A DNA stretch of 64,000 nucleotides, from positions 2,604,001 to 2,668,000 of the forward strand of contig OZ251224.1 of the NCBI GenBank assembly GCA_965240325.2. Direction: 5' to 3'. This DNA is from Rebecca billardiae RCC1528 (Eukaryota; Protista; Haptophyta). Made by a program: the position numbers and the translations under genes. How positions within the stretch are numbered: position 1 is the first letter of the stretch; each line of letters opens with the position of its first letter. The notes under the pieces were generated by a model, which made no database searches, was not told the DNA's origin, and was given only the letters and a program-made list of their open reading frames with translations. Positions 23,201-35,277 of this stretch are shown here, in pieces.

Positions 23201-26200
23201 CTGGCACCTGGCGTGCTCAGGCGGCGTGGTGCGCACTCAACGTACCCCTGCAAGGGTGATGTAGCTCGCATGAAGTGCGCCAGACGCCCCTCGTTGTTGT
23301 CGCGCGCCGAACGCGCCTCCAGGGGCGCCGTCGCCGACACCACCGCGCCGAAGTGGCAACGGCCGTCGTACACCACGGCCATCCACGTCGTGCCCAACTG
23401 CGTGACGTCCAGACGCTGCAAGGCGCGCCGCGTGCGCTCGTCACGCAGGCGCAGGTGCGCATGCGTGCTCACTGCGACGCTGCCCTTGCGCCCGCCGTCG
23501 TCAGTCCGCCGCCAGCGAAGGCCCGGCCGCGTCTGCACGGGGTAGAACCAGACGTTGTCGGTGAACGCGCGCCACGCCGCCTCCTCCGGCGTAGCCCCGC
23601 CGCGCAGCTCAAGGACCACCAGCGGCAGGCCCGTGGCGCGCGCCGTCGCGACGTGCGAGCCCCACGCCGACCACGCACCAGCGCGCGCCGCATGCGCGCC
23701 AGCGCCGTCGCCCGTGTACCGGGCGCCGCGCGCGTACGCGCGCGCCGCTGCTCCCAGCGTCCGCACGCCTCCAGTATGTCGCAGTGGCAGTGGCAGCACC
23801 TCCTGCCAGTCCTCGTCCTGCACTTCGAGTCCTTGGCCGGTGCGGGCCCGGGGGATGGATGCTGGCTTGACGCCAAGCATGCCGAGCGCGCTTGCCGCCG
23901 ACGCCGTGGCCGACGCCGTGCCGAGCGTCTCGCCCGGTCCGTGCTCGTCCTCCCACGACGCGATGTACGAGCACACGCCGTCGCGCAGCGTCTGCGCGCG
24001 CGCGTTGGCGGCGGGCAGGTCGGCCCGCACGCCACGCGTGTCGTGCGCGAGCCACGCGTGAAAGTAGCAGTCGCCATCGCCGGGAACGTCCTGCACGCTC
24101 GTGCCGCCGCCGAAGAGCTCGCGGATGGCCGCGGCGACGTTGCCGTCGCCATCCACGCCGCCGGGTGCTCCTGTCTGTGCACCAGCCCGCGCCTCGGGCG
24201 GCAACGCCGGCGGCAGGGGCAGCACGGGGAAGCCCAGGCGCTCGAGCAGGACCGCGGCGTCGTCCACCGGCGCGTGCACGTGTGCGGCGGCCGCCGGAGC
24301 CACCGCAGCCGGCGCAGCCCCGTGCCCGGCGGGCGCCGGCGCCGCCGCACCCGCGTCCACGGTGGCGTCCGTCGCCGCCGCGGCGCGCGGCGCGGCTGCG
24401 CCGCGTGGCGCGGCATCACCCGCCGTCACGTCAGCGCGGCATCGCTCCGCCGTCACGTCAGCGGCGGTCTCGCCCAAGGCCAGGCGCAGCCCCAAGCCCA
24501 CGTCGCACCGCCATGCCCCGTCGGAGCCGTCGAGAGGGACCACCTCGGTGCCGAACGCGCTCGGGTCCAGCGCATCCACCTCGCACCCGCGCCGCCTGGA
24601 CGCCAGCCTCACGTGCGCGTCCGCAGCCGGCTGGAACGCACTCCAGCGCGACGCCGGCAACACCCCGTGCGCGCGCGGGGTGGCCTGCGGCGCAACCACT
24701 GCGTAGAACTGCCGGCGAGGACACACGTTGCGCACGATGGCCACCCAGCCGGTGCCCATCGCCCCGACGTCGAGCGTGCGCAGGACGCGTGCGTGCGTCT
24801 CGCGTCCCAGGCTCAGGCGCGCTTCGCACAGCGGACGTGCGTCCGCGTGCGCGGCGCCTGCGTCGGGCGTGTCGGCGCGCCGGCGCTTCGCGCCGGCGCC
24901 CCCGCGAGCGCGTGGCGCCGCCGGCGCCGGCGGCACGCGCACTGCCGTCGGAGGATACCACCGCACGTGCTCACGCATGGCGACGCCGTGCACGTCGCGA
25001 GCTCGGCGTGCGTAGGCCATGTCGAAGACGAGGAGGTGCACGCCGGCGGCGCGAGCGACTGCCGCGTACCACTCAGGGCCATCGCACGTGTTGCCCGGGC
25101 TGCTGACGTACCCGTCGCACGTGTACTCCGCCGCTCGCACTGCCAGCGTCACTGCGTCGTCCAGATCGCGCACGCCCTGGCCGGGGGTGTGCCACGACGA
25201 CGAGTCGTCGGGGGCCACCATGCGCAGAGCCCGCAAACGCGCCTGCCCAGCTTCGTCGCCACCTGCGCTCTCCGGGGGAAGTGCGCGCACGTCAGCGCCG
25301 CACAAGCCGATGAAGCGCGCCTGCGCTCGCAGGTCCTCTGCCGACTCGGCCGGGCCCAGCGCGCCACCCCAGCCGACGGAGTGCTCGGTGGGCGTCGCAT
25401 GCGCGTGCGCGGCCAGCCACGACGCGGCCGCCGCGCGCAGGCGCCGCGCGCAGCACGCCCACCACAGGGCCTCAAGCGTGCTGGGCGGACGCGCCCGCGC
25501 GTGCGCGTGCGCGAGCACCGCGTGCAGCACGTCGTCACCGTCGGCTGGCACGGGCAACGGCTGTGCGGCGCCCGCGCCCCAGAGGTCGTCGAGCACTGCC
25601 TGGGCGCAGCACAGCCGTAATCGGGCGAATTCGGCGTCGTGGTCGTCTGCGCCGGCGGCGGCGTCGGCGGCGTGGAACAGGCGCACCGGCGCGTGGCGGT
25701 CATCGCCCGCGGCGCGCGCTCCAGCGTCGCGCACCGGCAGACCAGTGCGCGCCAAGTGGGCGACCGCGTCGTCCGCGGTGGCGACGGCTGTGTCGTCCGC
25801 GGCACCAGACGTGCCACGCGCCGTCCCCAGCAGGTCGGCGCCTGCGCGCGTTGGGCCCGGCGTCGGCACCGACCGCGCCGCCGACGATGGCCCCGCCGTG
25901 GACGCGCGGGCGCCCGCCGCCTGGCGCGAAGCCGGCGGCAGGCGCCCATCCGCGGCCGCACCGCCCGCGTCGTCGGCGGCGGCCGCAGTCCGAGGGCGCT
26001 TGGGCGCGCACGGCGCAGACGCGGCCCCCGCGCCCGCGCGGGAGGTGCCAGCCGCGGCGCCCGCCTGGCCTGCGGCGCCTGCGCCCGCGCCGCCGCCGCC
26101 AGCCAGGACGTCCGCCAGGCCCGCCGCCGCCGCCGCGACGTCGTGTGCGCCTGCGTGCGCCCACACGTGGGAGGCCGCGTTCGGAGCGGCGCCGCCCGAG

Positions 26201-29200
26201 CCCCTCGCGCCGCCACTGCCCTCGGCGGGCACGGCGGGCGACGCGTGCGCGCGCGCCAGCTCGGCGGGGGCGGCGGCGGCGCGCGCAAACTGTGCCAGCA
26301 CCTTGCCCGTCGTCGCGCTGGACGCGCCGAATGCGTCACCGGCCGTCTCGCTGAGCGTGGGCCACGGTGCTGACAGGCCGCGACTGCACATGAACATGGC
26401 TGCCCTGCCCCGACCGATGCCAGGTATGCGCTGCAACGCCGCGAGCACTGCGGCGCTGTCGTCAGCGAGGCGCGCGTACGCCGACTCGGACTCCGCCGCC
26501 TCCGCCGGTGGCTCTGCCGCGCCCGCGCGCGCCCGAGGGACTCGCGCACCCGGTGGCGGTGGCGCGTGGGCGCCGGGCCACGGGGGGCGGAAGGGATGCT
26601 CAGTCGCCGCCAGCGGTACTGTGTCGCCCGTGGCCGGCAGCGGCTCCGCGGCGTGCGCGCGCGCGCGCGCGGCGGGCGTCGTGCCGGCGTCCGCGCCACT
26701 GCGCGGGCCCGTCGTGCCCTCAGGCGGTGCGGCCGGCCGCTGCGTGGCGGCGTTTGGCATCGGTGCCGTCGCGAAGCCCATGCGTACGCCGGTGCCGCCA
26801 AGTGCCTGCGAGGCGATCGCGCGCGCGCAGTGCCGGCGCGGGCCGCCGCGCGCGCCCGCGCCCGCCGCGGCGGCGCCGTCGCGCGTCTGGGCGGCCGCCG
26901 GCTGCGCGCGCCCGGGCGCGGGCGCCGCCGCGCCGCGGCCCCCGCGGCCGCCTGCGCGGCCCCCGCGCGCGCCTGCGGTGCGCGCGGGGTCGCCGCGCGC
27001 GGCCCCACCGCCGTGCTGTCCGCGCATACGGTGGTATGGCACGTCCTCCGGCCTCGCGCCGCGCGGCCCGTCGGGCGCCGCCGCCTCGCCCGCCGCGGCT
27101 GCGCGCGCTTCGCGCAGGCGCTTCCACGCCCCCGCGACGAGCAGGAAGTAGCAGCACGTGCACATGTACAGCCCGCTGTCCAGCGCGCCGAGGTGCCACA
27201 CATACTTGCACTGCGCGGGCGAGTGGATGAAGCAGGCGCAGCCCTGGCACGCCAGTCGGGGGTCGATCGGCGGCGAGTCCGCCGGCCACGCCGCGCTGAG
27301 GTCCGCGGCCTCGGGGTCGAAACACGCGCAGCAGCGCAGTTGCGCGGCGGCGGTCGTGCCGGCCGTGTACGTGGCAAAGTGGCGACGTCGCTGGTTCGCA
27401 ACCACACCCTCGCGGAGCGGGCCGGCCACGCGCACGAGCACGTTAGTGTCGTCGAGCACGTGCGTGTGCGCGATGCCGTACAGGTGCTCCGGCAGCCCCT
27501 CGAGCACACGCGCGAGCTCGTCGCGGTGCGCTTCGCGCACGCGCCGGGCGAAGTCGCCGTCCGGGGCTTGCTCCCTCAAGGGGCGCACGTACGACGCCGC
27601 GGATTTGCCCAACTGCACGCGCGGCGCGCGCGCGCGCGGTGCGCGCGGGTGGCGCGCCCCGGCGCGGCCCTCCCAGAACGCCAGCCGTCGCGCCGAGGAC
27701 GCGGGCCTGCCCACGCGCGCGGGCACCGCTGGCATGGCCACGTACTTTTCGAGCAGGGCGCGCTTGGCGAGAGCGGGCAGCAGCAGAGCCGCAATGGCGT
27801 CCTCCAGGCGCTGGGGCGGTGTGATGACGTCGAGCTTGGTGATGGCCACGACGCGCCCGAGCGTGTCCACCCGGGTGTCGTTGGCGTCGCGCTCGACCCG
27901 AAGGCCCACCTGCGCGAACCACGTCTCGCAGCGCAGGTCCTGGGGCAAGCACGTGCCCATGGCACGGCCGACGGAGGTCGCCACGCGGCAGAAGTGCATG
28001 CACGGCAGGCGCTTGCGGCGCAGCAACGCGCAGCACCGGAACTCGTCGAGGTACACGTGGCGCGGCGCCGAGCCGTCCGTGGTGTTGAGCATGCGCAGGG
28101 CACCTGCGTGCGGCCCGTCGAGGACACGGTGCACTTCCACCTGAGAGAGCGTGCGCGCCGTGCTCACCTGCTGGCGCACGTATTCCAGGTGCCGTGGCGG
28201 CAACCCGTGCACCTCATCATCGGCGTCGGGCTTCAGGGCGTGGCGCACGGCGACGCTGCGGTGCGTCGCGTAGAGGCGAAAGAGGTTGTCGTGCAGGTCG
28301 AGCAGCATCCACACCGGGCCCTGCGCCTTGCGCACCGGCAGCAGCCAGTGCATGAAGGACTCCGCCGGCGCGGACGTCACGTAGCCGCGCAGGGACACCG
28401 GCGCGAAGCACGGGAAGAGCTCCTCGCGGGGGATGACGTCGAGGATGCGCTTGGCCGACTCTGGCATCTCCACCCAGGCGGCCTCCCACACCTCCTCGGT
28501 CAACGCGTCCACGCACGCGTCGAACACGCGCAGGATGGTGGGCACCTCGTTCGCCGAGTGTGCGTAGCCCGTGATGAAGGTCTGGCGCTTGTGGAACGTG
28601 CACAGGAAGAGGTGCCTGCGCGGGCACAGCAGCTTCCACGCGCCGCGCAGGCCCTTCTGGCCGTCCGAGATGGTGACGCCGTTGGGGTCGTCCCACACAG
28701 CCGCCCCGCCGAGGTGCTGCATGAGGTATCCGACGTGCGCGCACCACGAGTCCAGGCACTCCACGTCGACGATGTACGACACGCACAAGACGAACAGCTG
28801 CCGGTTGGCGTTCACGGCCAGCGTGACGAAGAGCATGCCTGCGTCGCGCGCGTGCGTGCGCGCGGGCAGGTCAGACGGGCGGGCGCTGAGGCGGCACGGA
28901 CGCACGCGGCGTCGCGAGGGCGTGCCCGGGTGCGGCGGGCGCGCGCACCCGCGCGCTTCGCGCCACCGCTGGCGGGGCGGTGCAGGAAGCACGCGTCGCT
29001 GAACGCGGCCGTGTTGCCCTTCGCGTGAAAGTGCTCGCGGTAAAGCGCCTTGGCCTGCTTGGGCACGTAGTGGAAGCCACCCACTGCCTTCTTGCCGCGC
29101 ACGTCAGCCAGCGCCTTCTGCACCTCCGCCGCGTCGGGGTTGAAGGCCGCGCGCTGCGCGCCCGCCGGCAGCCCCTGCTGCACCTCGTCGTGCACGCGGC

Positions 29201-32200
29201 CGAACATGGCCAGCAGCGCGTCCTCGACCGAGTTCTCGTGGAAGATGATGGGCGCGACCTCGTTGCCCTCCTGCGACAGCGACGCGCACACGGCCACGAG
29301 GTCGCGCGACATGGCCGTGTCGTCCCCATAGATCTCGGCGCGCGCTTCTTTGTGCGCTCGCGCGATGAGCGATTCACCCATGGGGAGCTCTGCGTCCAGC
29401 TGGCGCGCGACCTCTCGTGCTTGCTGCGGGCCGTAGCACAGCTGCGCGTGCGTGGTCCCGCGCCGGGCCAAGCGCGCCTTCCAGTCCTCGACGATCGCCC
29501 GCCCGAGCTCGTGTTGGGAGTACGGCGTCGTGCGCACGCCCGGCTGGTTGGTCGGGCGCGGCAGCGAGCCGATGGGGTGTTCCTCGGACCCCTTGCCCAT
29601 GCGCAGGTTGCGGCACATGGAGCCGTGCGCGACCGAGCGTTGCACGGCCCACGGCGGCGCGCCAAACGTGTCCACGTACTTCGACGGGCCCACCACCACC
29701 ACGGACGGGCACCCGGGCGTGGGGCATCCGATCGTCAGCTTGGCGCGGTCGACGCGCCGCGTCGGCGGCATGGCCCCCCGGTGCAGCGCGCACTCCGAGG
29801 CGTGCGTGAGCGCGTCGGCGAGGCGCGGGTACACCTGGCGCACCATCGGGGGCTCGAGCAGGGTGGCGTCCGCCTTCACCTGGGAGTACGGGCGCGGCGC
29901 CCGCAAGCCCATTTTCCTCCACAGTGCCAGGGGCCGGAGCTCGAGGCGGTGCGCTGCCGCCGACGTGCTCGCCGAGGTGCTCGACGGCGCGGAGTAGCGG
30001 AAGTACCCGGCGTCACCGCCGTGGTGCAGCGACTCCGGCGCAACAAGCCGGGCGCCGGCCTGGCCGGCGCGGGGCTCGGCGGGACCGGTGGAGGGCGGCT
30101 GCGCGCGAGCGACGATGGGTGGACACGGCATGAGGGCAGCCAGCGGGTCGCGCGCGCGAGCGGCGTCGCTGTCGGCGGACTCGTCCGCCTGCAGTGCCGC
30201 CTGCGCCGCGCGCGCGCGGGCGTCCGCGCAGTCGTCGTCCGCGATGCCCTCCTCCCAGTCGCGCACGTCGATGGCGGCACTGGCGGGATCGGCGTCCGTG
30301 ACGAGCGGCTCGCCGCGGGCGTCGGACTCGCCGACGCGCATCGTCGGCCAGTCCGCGCTCAGGGCGAACAGCGGCGCGTTGCCGCGGGCGGCCGCCGTCG
30401 TGTGCGTCCTATGGCCCACGGACGCGTCGACGAGGGGCACTCCACCGCGCGCCCATGCGGGCGCCGACTTCTCCGTCGCCAACGCGTCGGCAAGGTGGCC
30501 ACCGAGGTGGGCACGCTGGCCGGCGTGCAGGGCCAGGGCGAGGTCCCCGCCGGACAAGAGGCCACCTGCGTGCGGCAGCGCAGGGAGGGCCCTCAGCCGC
30601 GCGTCGTCGTCGTCATTGCCGCCGTCGCCACCGGAGGCGCCGCGCGGCTGCGGCGGCGCGCGCGAGGCGCAGCCGGGCGGCTGCGCGATCACCGCGCGCG
30701 CGCTGCTGCTGTCGAGGGGCGGCCCCGCCGGGTGGAGTGGCGGGCGCGCCGTCGCGGCGCACACAGCGGCGCCGGGCACCGTCACCGCGACGCAGGGCAC
30801 GGCGTCGCCCGCAGCGCAGGGTGCGCCCGGCGCTGGCGTTGCCACGCGAGCGGGCGAAGAGTGCCCATCGCCAGGCCGCGGCGACGCGGGCTCGTGCGCG
30901 CCCGGCGCGTCCGAGCTCGAGCTTTGGCGGGCGCCGGTGTGCCGCAGCGGGGCGGACGCTGCGTCGGGGCGACGCACGGCCGTGGGCGCGCGCGGCCCGA
31001 CAGCCGGGTCGTCAACGCCATCGGCGCGTGGGGGCCGCGCGCCCTCGTCAAAGGGGGCGCCCACGTGCGCGCCCGTGCCGTGCGCGGCCGCGGCGGTGGG
31101 CGCGCGCCCACCGCCGTCGGCGTGAGGCGCGGGGTGGCCGCCCGCAAGCCCCACGACGTGGGGCACGGCAGGCGCCGCTGCGCGCTCATGTGCGAGCTGC
31201 GCGCCGTCGGCAGCGCACACGGGCAGCGCCAGCTGCAGCGCCGACTGCGCCCAGGCCCGCTGCTCGTGGTCCGACGGCGCCTGCTGGCCGTGCGCCGCGG
31301 TCGGCAGGTCGACCACCAGGCGGGAGACGTACTCGTGGTGCGCAGGCGAGCCGAGCCGGAAGCGGGCGTCAGCGCCAGCGCGCGTGGGCTCAGCCCCCCA
31401 GCGCAGCCTGGTCTCAAACGAGTGCTGGAGCCCGCGCTCGAGGGCGGGCACGAGCCGATACGGCGTGGGAGGCGGGTCGGAGCGCGCCGCGCACGGCGTG
31501 GCGGCGGGGCGAGGCGCGCTCGGCGGCGGCGTGAACGAAGCGCGGAATGTGTCCGCGAGGCCCCGCCCCCCGAATGAGAACACAGCCTTCAGGACGAGCG
31601 CGTCCGCCGCACCCTGACGCGTAGGCCTCTTGCGCGAGGACGACGGCACGGACCCCGAGGACGCGGCGCGCGCACTGGGGGCCGAGCGGTGATGCCACAT
31701 GGCGGGGAAGATGTGCACTGCACCTGCGCTTTCCTGCAGGGCAACGTCGCCGTGCAGCGGCACGGCGTCGGCGCGCGCACCGGGGGGGCGCGCGCCGACC
31801 GTCTGCAGCGGGAAGGGATTGGTGGGCACACTTTGCGGCAAGTGCAAGAGGACCACTGCCGTCCACAGATGGTCCTCGTCGGTCGTGCCGTCGACGTGCC
31901 ACCCGTACGTCGTGACGTCGCCGTCGTCGCACGTGCCGCGGCCCCCGTCGGGCGGACGCATCGGCCGCCCGAAGACATGCCAGGCCGTGAGGTCGAGCGC
32001 GTCGAGGCCGCGGACACCGTCAGAGGCGTCGCCGCGGAACAACGAGCTCACGACGCCCTTCAGCGCCGCCACCACGCGCTCAAAGGCGCGGCACCCCAGC
32101 ACCGAGCGCGCAGAGGAGCCGTGGTCGCCCACCCCCCAGCGCCGCTGCGCGGCCGCCTCGCCGCCCGCGTCCGCGGACTGGTACGCGTGCACCGTGCGCA

Positions 32201-34103
32201 GGAGGCCGCCACCCTCATCCAGCAAGGGCATGGACGCATCGCCGTCCCCGCCGAGGCCTGCGTGCTGCAGCACGTACTCGCGCAACGGGCCAACCAGCAC
32301 GCCCATGTCCATGTCCAAACGCTGCGGTGCCGCAGCGGCGGCACCAAACGCGGCCTGCAGCGCGCGCCCAACCGCGGTGTTATGCGCGAGCATGTCGTCG
32401 AGGCTGGGCGCGGGCGCCGCCGCAGGCGTCGGCGCCAGCGCGTCGCCCAGCGGCGGCTCGCCTGCAGGCGGCAGCGCGCGCGGCACCACCACGGCGGAGG
32501 CAGGGCGCATCGCGCCCGACGCCGCGCTCGTCACCTCGTCGCGCCACGGCGCAGCGGCGCCCACGACAGCGTGCGCACCGCACAGCGTCAGCACCAGCGT
32601 CACTGGCGGCTGCGAGACGGCCGCGCCGGCCACGAGGGCCTGCGCGAAGGTGGCGTCGAGCAAGGGGTGCAGACGCGCGCCCTCGCCGACGTGCACCAGC
32701 GCGGGCGCGAGCGGGATGACCACTGCCCACACGGTGCGCTCGGCGATGGTGGAGGCGGCCCGCAGCAACGGCCGCGCCAGCCACCCTTCGCGCAGCGAGC
32801 CGTCCTCGCACGCGGCCACAAAGGCCGCAAGACCGGCGTGGCCGTCGGCGACCACGGCAGCACGCAGCCTGACGGCGGCTGCGCGCACGGCGGCGTCACG
32901 TCCAGCGGCGGCGCCGGACGTGGCAGCGCGCGGCGCTCCATCTGCCGCCACCCCTTCGCCGGCCCCCACGACGGCCTGCGAGACGGCGCCGAGCCACGCC
33001 AAGCGGGCGCTCTCGAGTTCCGCACGCAGCTGCTGGTCGCGCCAGCGTGCCTGCTCAGCCGACGCGGGAACGAACGCGCGCGGCTGCGCCGGCACGGGCG
33101 CGCAGAGCGCGCGTACGGCAGCGTACGCCTGCGTGCGCAGCTCCGCCGCTCGCGCACGCAGCGCGTCCGCGCAGAGGCTGCTGCGGCCTGCTGGCCACGA
33201 CGCCACGCGCTCGAAGGCGACGAACAGAGGCTCGGACTGGCCAGCGTCCGCGCCGAAGACGGCGCGCGCGTAGTACATCACCGCCTCGGACGGGCATGAC
33301 AGCGGCGGGCACGGGGGGGGCGCGCCCGTCCAAGCGCCCGACGGCGCCGCCGCCGCCGCCGTCGTCGCCGGGAGCACGTCGTCGACGCCTCCGCCAGTCC
33401 CAGCACCTGGGCGGGCATCCGGACGGGGGGCGCACAACGCCGCCAGAGCCAGCTTCGTCCGGAACGGAGCGGCGGCCCAGGCCGCACGCACTGCCCACGC
33501 GCATGCGCCCTGCGCGTGCTCAGCGGCGCGTGCGTGCTGCCCTGGGGTCGGCGCCGAGGACGACGGCGACAGCGACTCCGCGCCACCCGAGCGGCGCGCG
33601 TGGGACGTGCCTGCGGGCGGCGGCGCCGGTTTCCCTCCGAGCGCCGCTGCGGACGCCGTCAGTCGCGCCGTCTCCGCGAAACTGCCCTCCTCCGCCAGAG
33701 CCCCGTCGGCGGAAGCACCACAGGCAGCGCGCACGGCGATCTGCGCGACGGCCCTGAACCAAAGGGCCGCCGCGCACACGCGCGCCACCGAGTCCGCGCG
33801 CTCACGCAGCGCGTCCGGGTGCGAAGCCAACAACTCCGCACACTCCACCACAGTGAGCAGCGCGTCGGCGCCGCTGCCACCCCATACGCGCGGCACTGTG
33901 ACCTGCGCGGCGGCGGCGCCAAGGCCCACGTCGGTGCTGTGGACCACGCCGAGGGTGCACAGCACCAGACCAAAGGTGAACGTCCACGGGGCTGCTGCCG
34001 AGGAGAACTGCAGCGTGCACAACGCGTCGTCAGCCGCTGCGATCACCGCGTCCACGAGCAGCAGGTCGTCCTGACTGCTGGGGCCGGCGGACACATGCCG
34101 CAT
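23197..34103 (-). CDS. Multidomain MULE transposase (~3,600 aa): 2OG-Fe(II) oxygenase-like, MuDR Zn-finger, DDE, SWIM, PHD, HhH, pseudo-OTU, OTU; predicted exons 34103-28949 and 28838-23197
   Basis: Intron 28839-28948 (GTGCGC...ACGCAG, phase 1) joins the two ORFs inside the catalytic domain: SDACFL...GMLFVTLAVNAN...ISDGQKGL...CTFH...AESF. SWIM RCC...LPCMH at ~27990-28040; PHD at 27151-27333; LQRIPGIGRGRA at ~26400-26440; PGDGDCYFHA at ~24060-24085 with CHFGAV at ~23345-23358. An upstream exon is possible (acceptor-like site at 34110). Confidence 0.88.
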
Positions 34104-34434
34104 GCCCGCCTGCGCGGTACGTGCCAGCACGTGCGGCGGAGAGGCAAACGCAGGCGCGCGCGAGCACACACACGGGGCACATCGTCAGACAGGGGACGGG
34201 GGCGCATGGGAGTGGTGCGGTGTGCGCGCGCGCGGCGGCGCACGCCACCAACATCGCTGCCGACCACACACACCCGCCCCGGCCCACCGCGACCTCGCAC
34301 CATTCACGAATCACGAGTGCGACTTGCCTGCTCGTCGCGGCCGGCGACCGTCGACGCCTCAGACCGACTCGGATGCGAGAAGGGGGAACTCCTGCGAGGG
34401 GAGGCCGCAGGGAACAAGAACGGTCGGTGCGTGT

Positions 34435-34923
34435 GCGCGATGCGCCGCGCGCGACCGCGCGGCGCGCGCACGACGCCCGCGCGCGTGGAAGGCGTACCCC
34501 CTTAACGTCGTGCTCACGCCCAGCCCTCCCTCGTGGCGAGCTCGGGAGCAAGTTTTGCGGCGCGCCCCCCGGCGTCGCATTTCTCTAACTAATTGACGAG
34601 CAACGTTCCGGCGGCGGTCCGGGCGGGAGGAGTCGACGGCGTCGTTTCGTCGCGGGTGGGCGTCAGGCTGCGCGCAATACGAAAGTGCCCACCCCCGCTC
34701 ATTAGGGTACTCCGCCCGAATACAAGGCGGGCGTTCGCGCCGGTTCGCCGCGAGCGGTATCTTCCGCGTTGCGGGCGAGCGGCGCCATTTGCTCGCTCCC
34801 GAAGCTTCTGGCCGTCGGAAAACTGGCGGGGGTGCCAGTCCGGAAATCGCCGTGCTGAGATGCGGAGGTTTGTCGGAGTTCTGGTTGCTCGGTCGGTCCT
34901 CGTCGGACTTCCGGAGGATTCCC
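34435..34923 (-). repeat. Right terminal inverted repeat of the MULE
   Basis: Reverse complement of 17158-17646. Confidence 0.95.
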
Positions 34924-34932
34924 TAAACTGTA
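34924..34932. repeat. Right target-site duplication TAAACTGTA
   Basis: Matches 17149-17157. Confidence 0.97.
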
Positions 34933-35277
34933 CTACTAATAGTAGTATCGCTTCATAATCCCGACGAAATCTGGCCAGCGCACCCGGCCGGGGCCGGGGA
35001 AGGTGGCTGTTCGGCGTCCCCGGCCTCGGCTCCCGCCGTGGCGCGGTGGCGGACTGATCGGCCACTCGGTGTTGACCCTAGTCCCACCCTAGTCCGCACG
35101 CATCAGAGCGCGCGCTGGCTGACTCGCCCACCGCCGCGGCTGACACGCCCGCTGCGCTGCCCGGACGGTGACTGTCCTGTTTGGAAGAGTGACTGCACTG
35201 GCTGGGGAGTGTGCTGCGATGGGGAGTCGCTCGGCGAGCGACTGTACCAACGTGATTGACCGCCCGGACCCCGACAT

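Larger units (their letters stand above)
17158..34923. mobile_element. Giant, apparently autonomous Mutator-like (MULE) DNA transposon, 17,766 bp
   Basis: 489-bp TIRs with G-rich ends (GGG...CCC), perfect 9-bp TSD, MULE DDE plus SWIM transposase, two convergent genes as in MuDR. Confidence 0.95.

Noticed and set aside
28812-28992. Two separate genes or a programmed frameshift between the 1785-aa and 1931-aa ORFs
   Set aside because: A canonical GT-AG intron matching host intron style restores the frame within the DDE domain.
23275-33757. Long plus-strand ORFs antisense to the transposase (e.g. 781, 820 and 865 aa)
   Set aside because: Arg/Ala/Gly-rich shadow frames expected at this GC content, with no motifs.
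17158-34923. Polinton/Maverick or endogenous virus (similar size, long TIRs)
   Set aside because: No protein-primed DNA polymerase, capsid, packaging ATPase or retroviral-type integrase motifs; the TSD is 9 bp and the transposase is MULE type.
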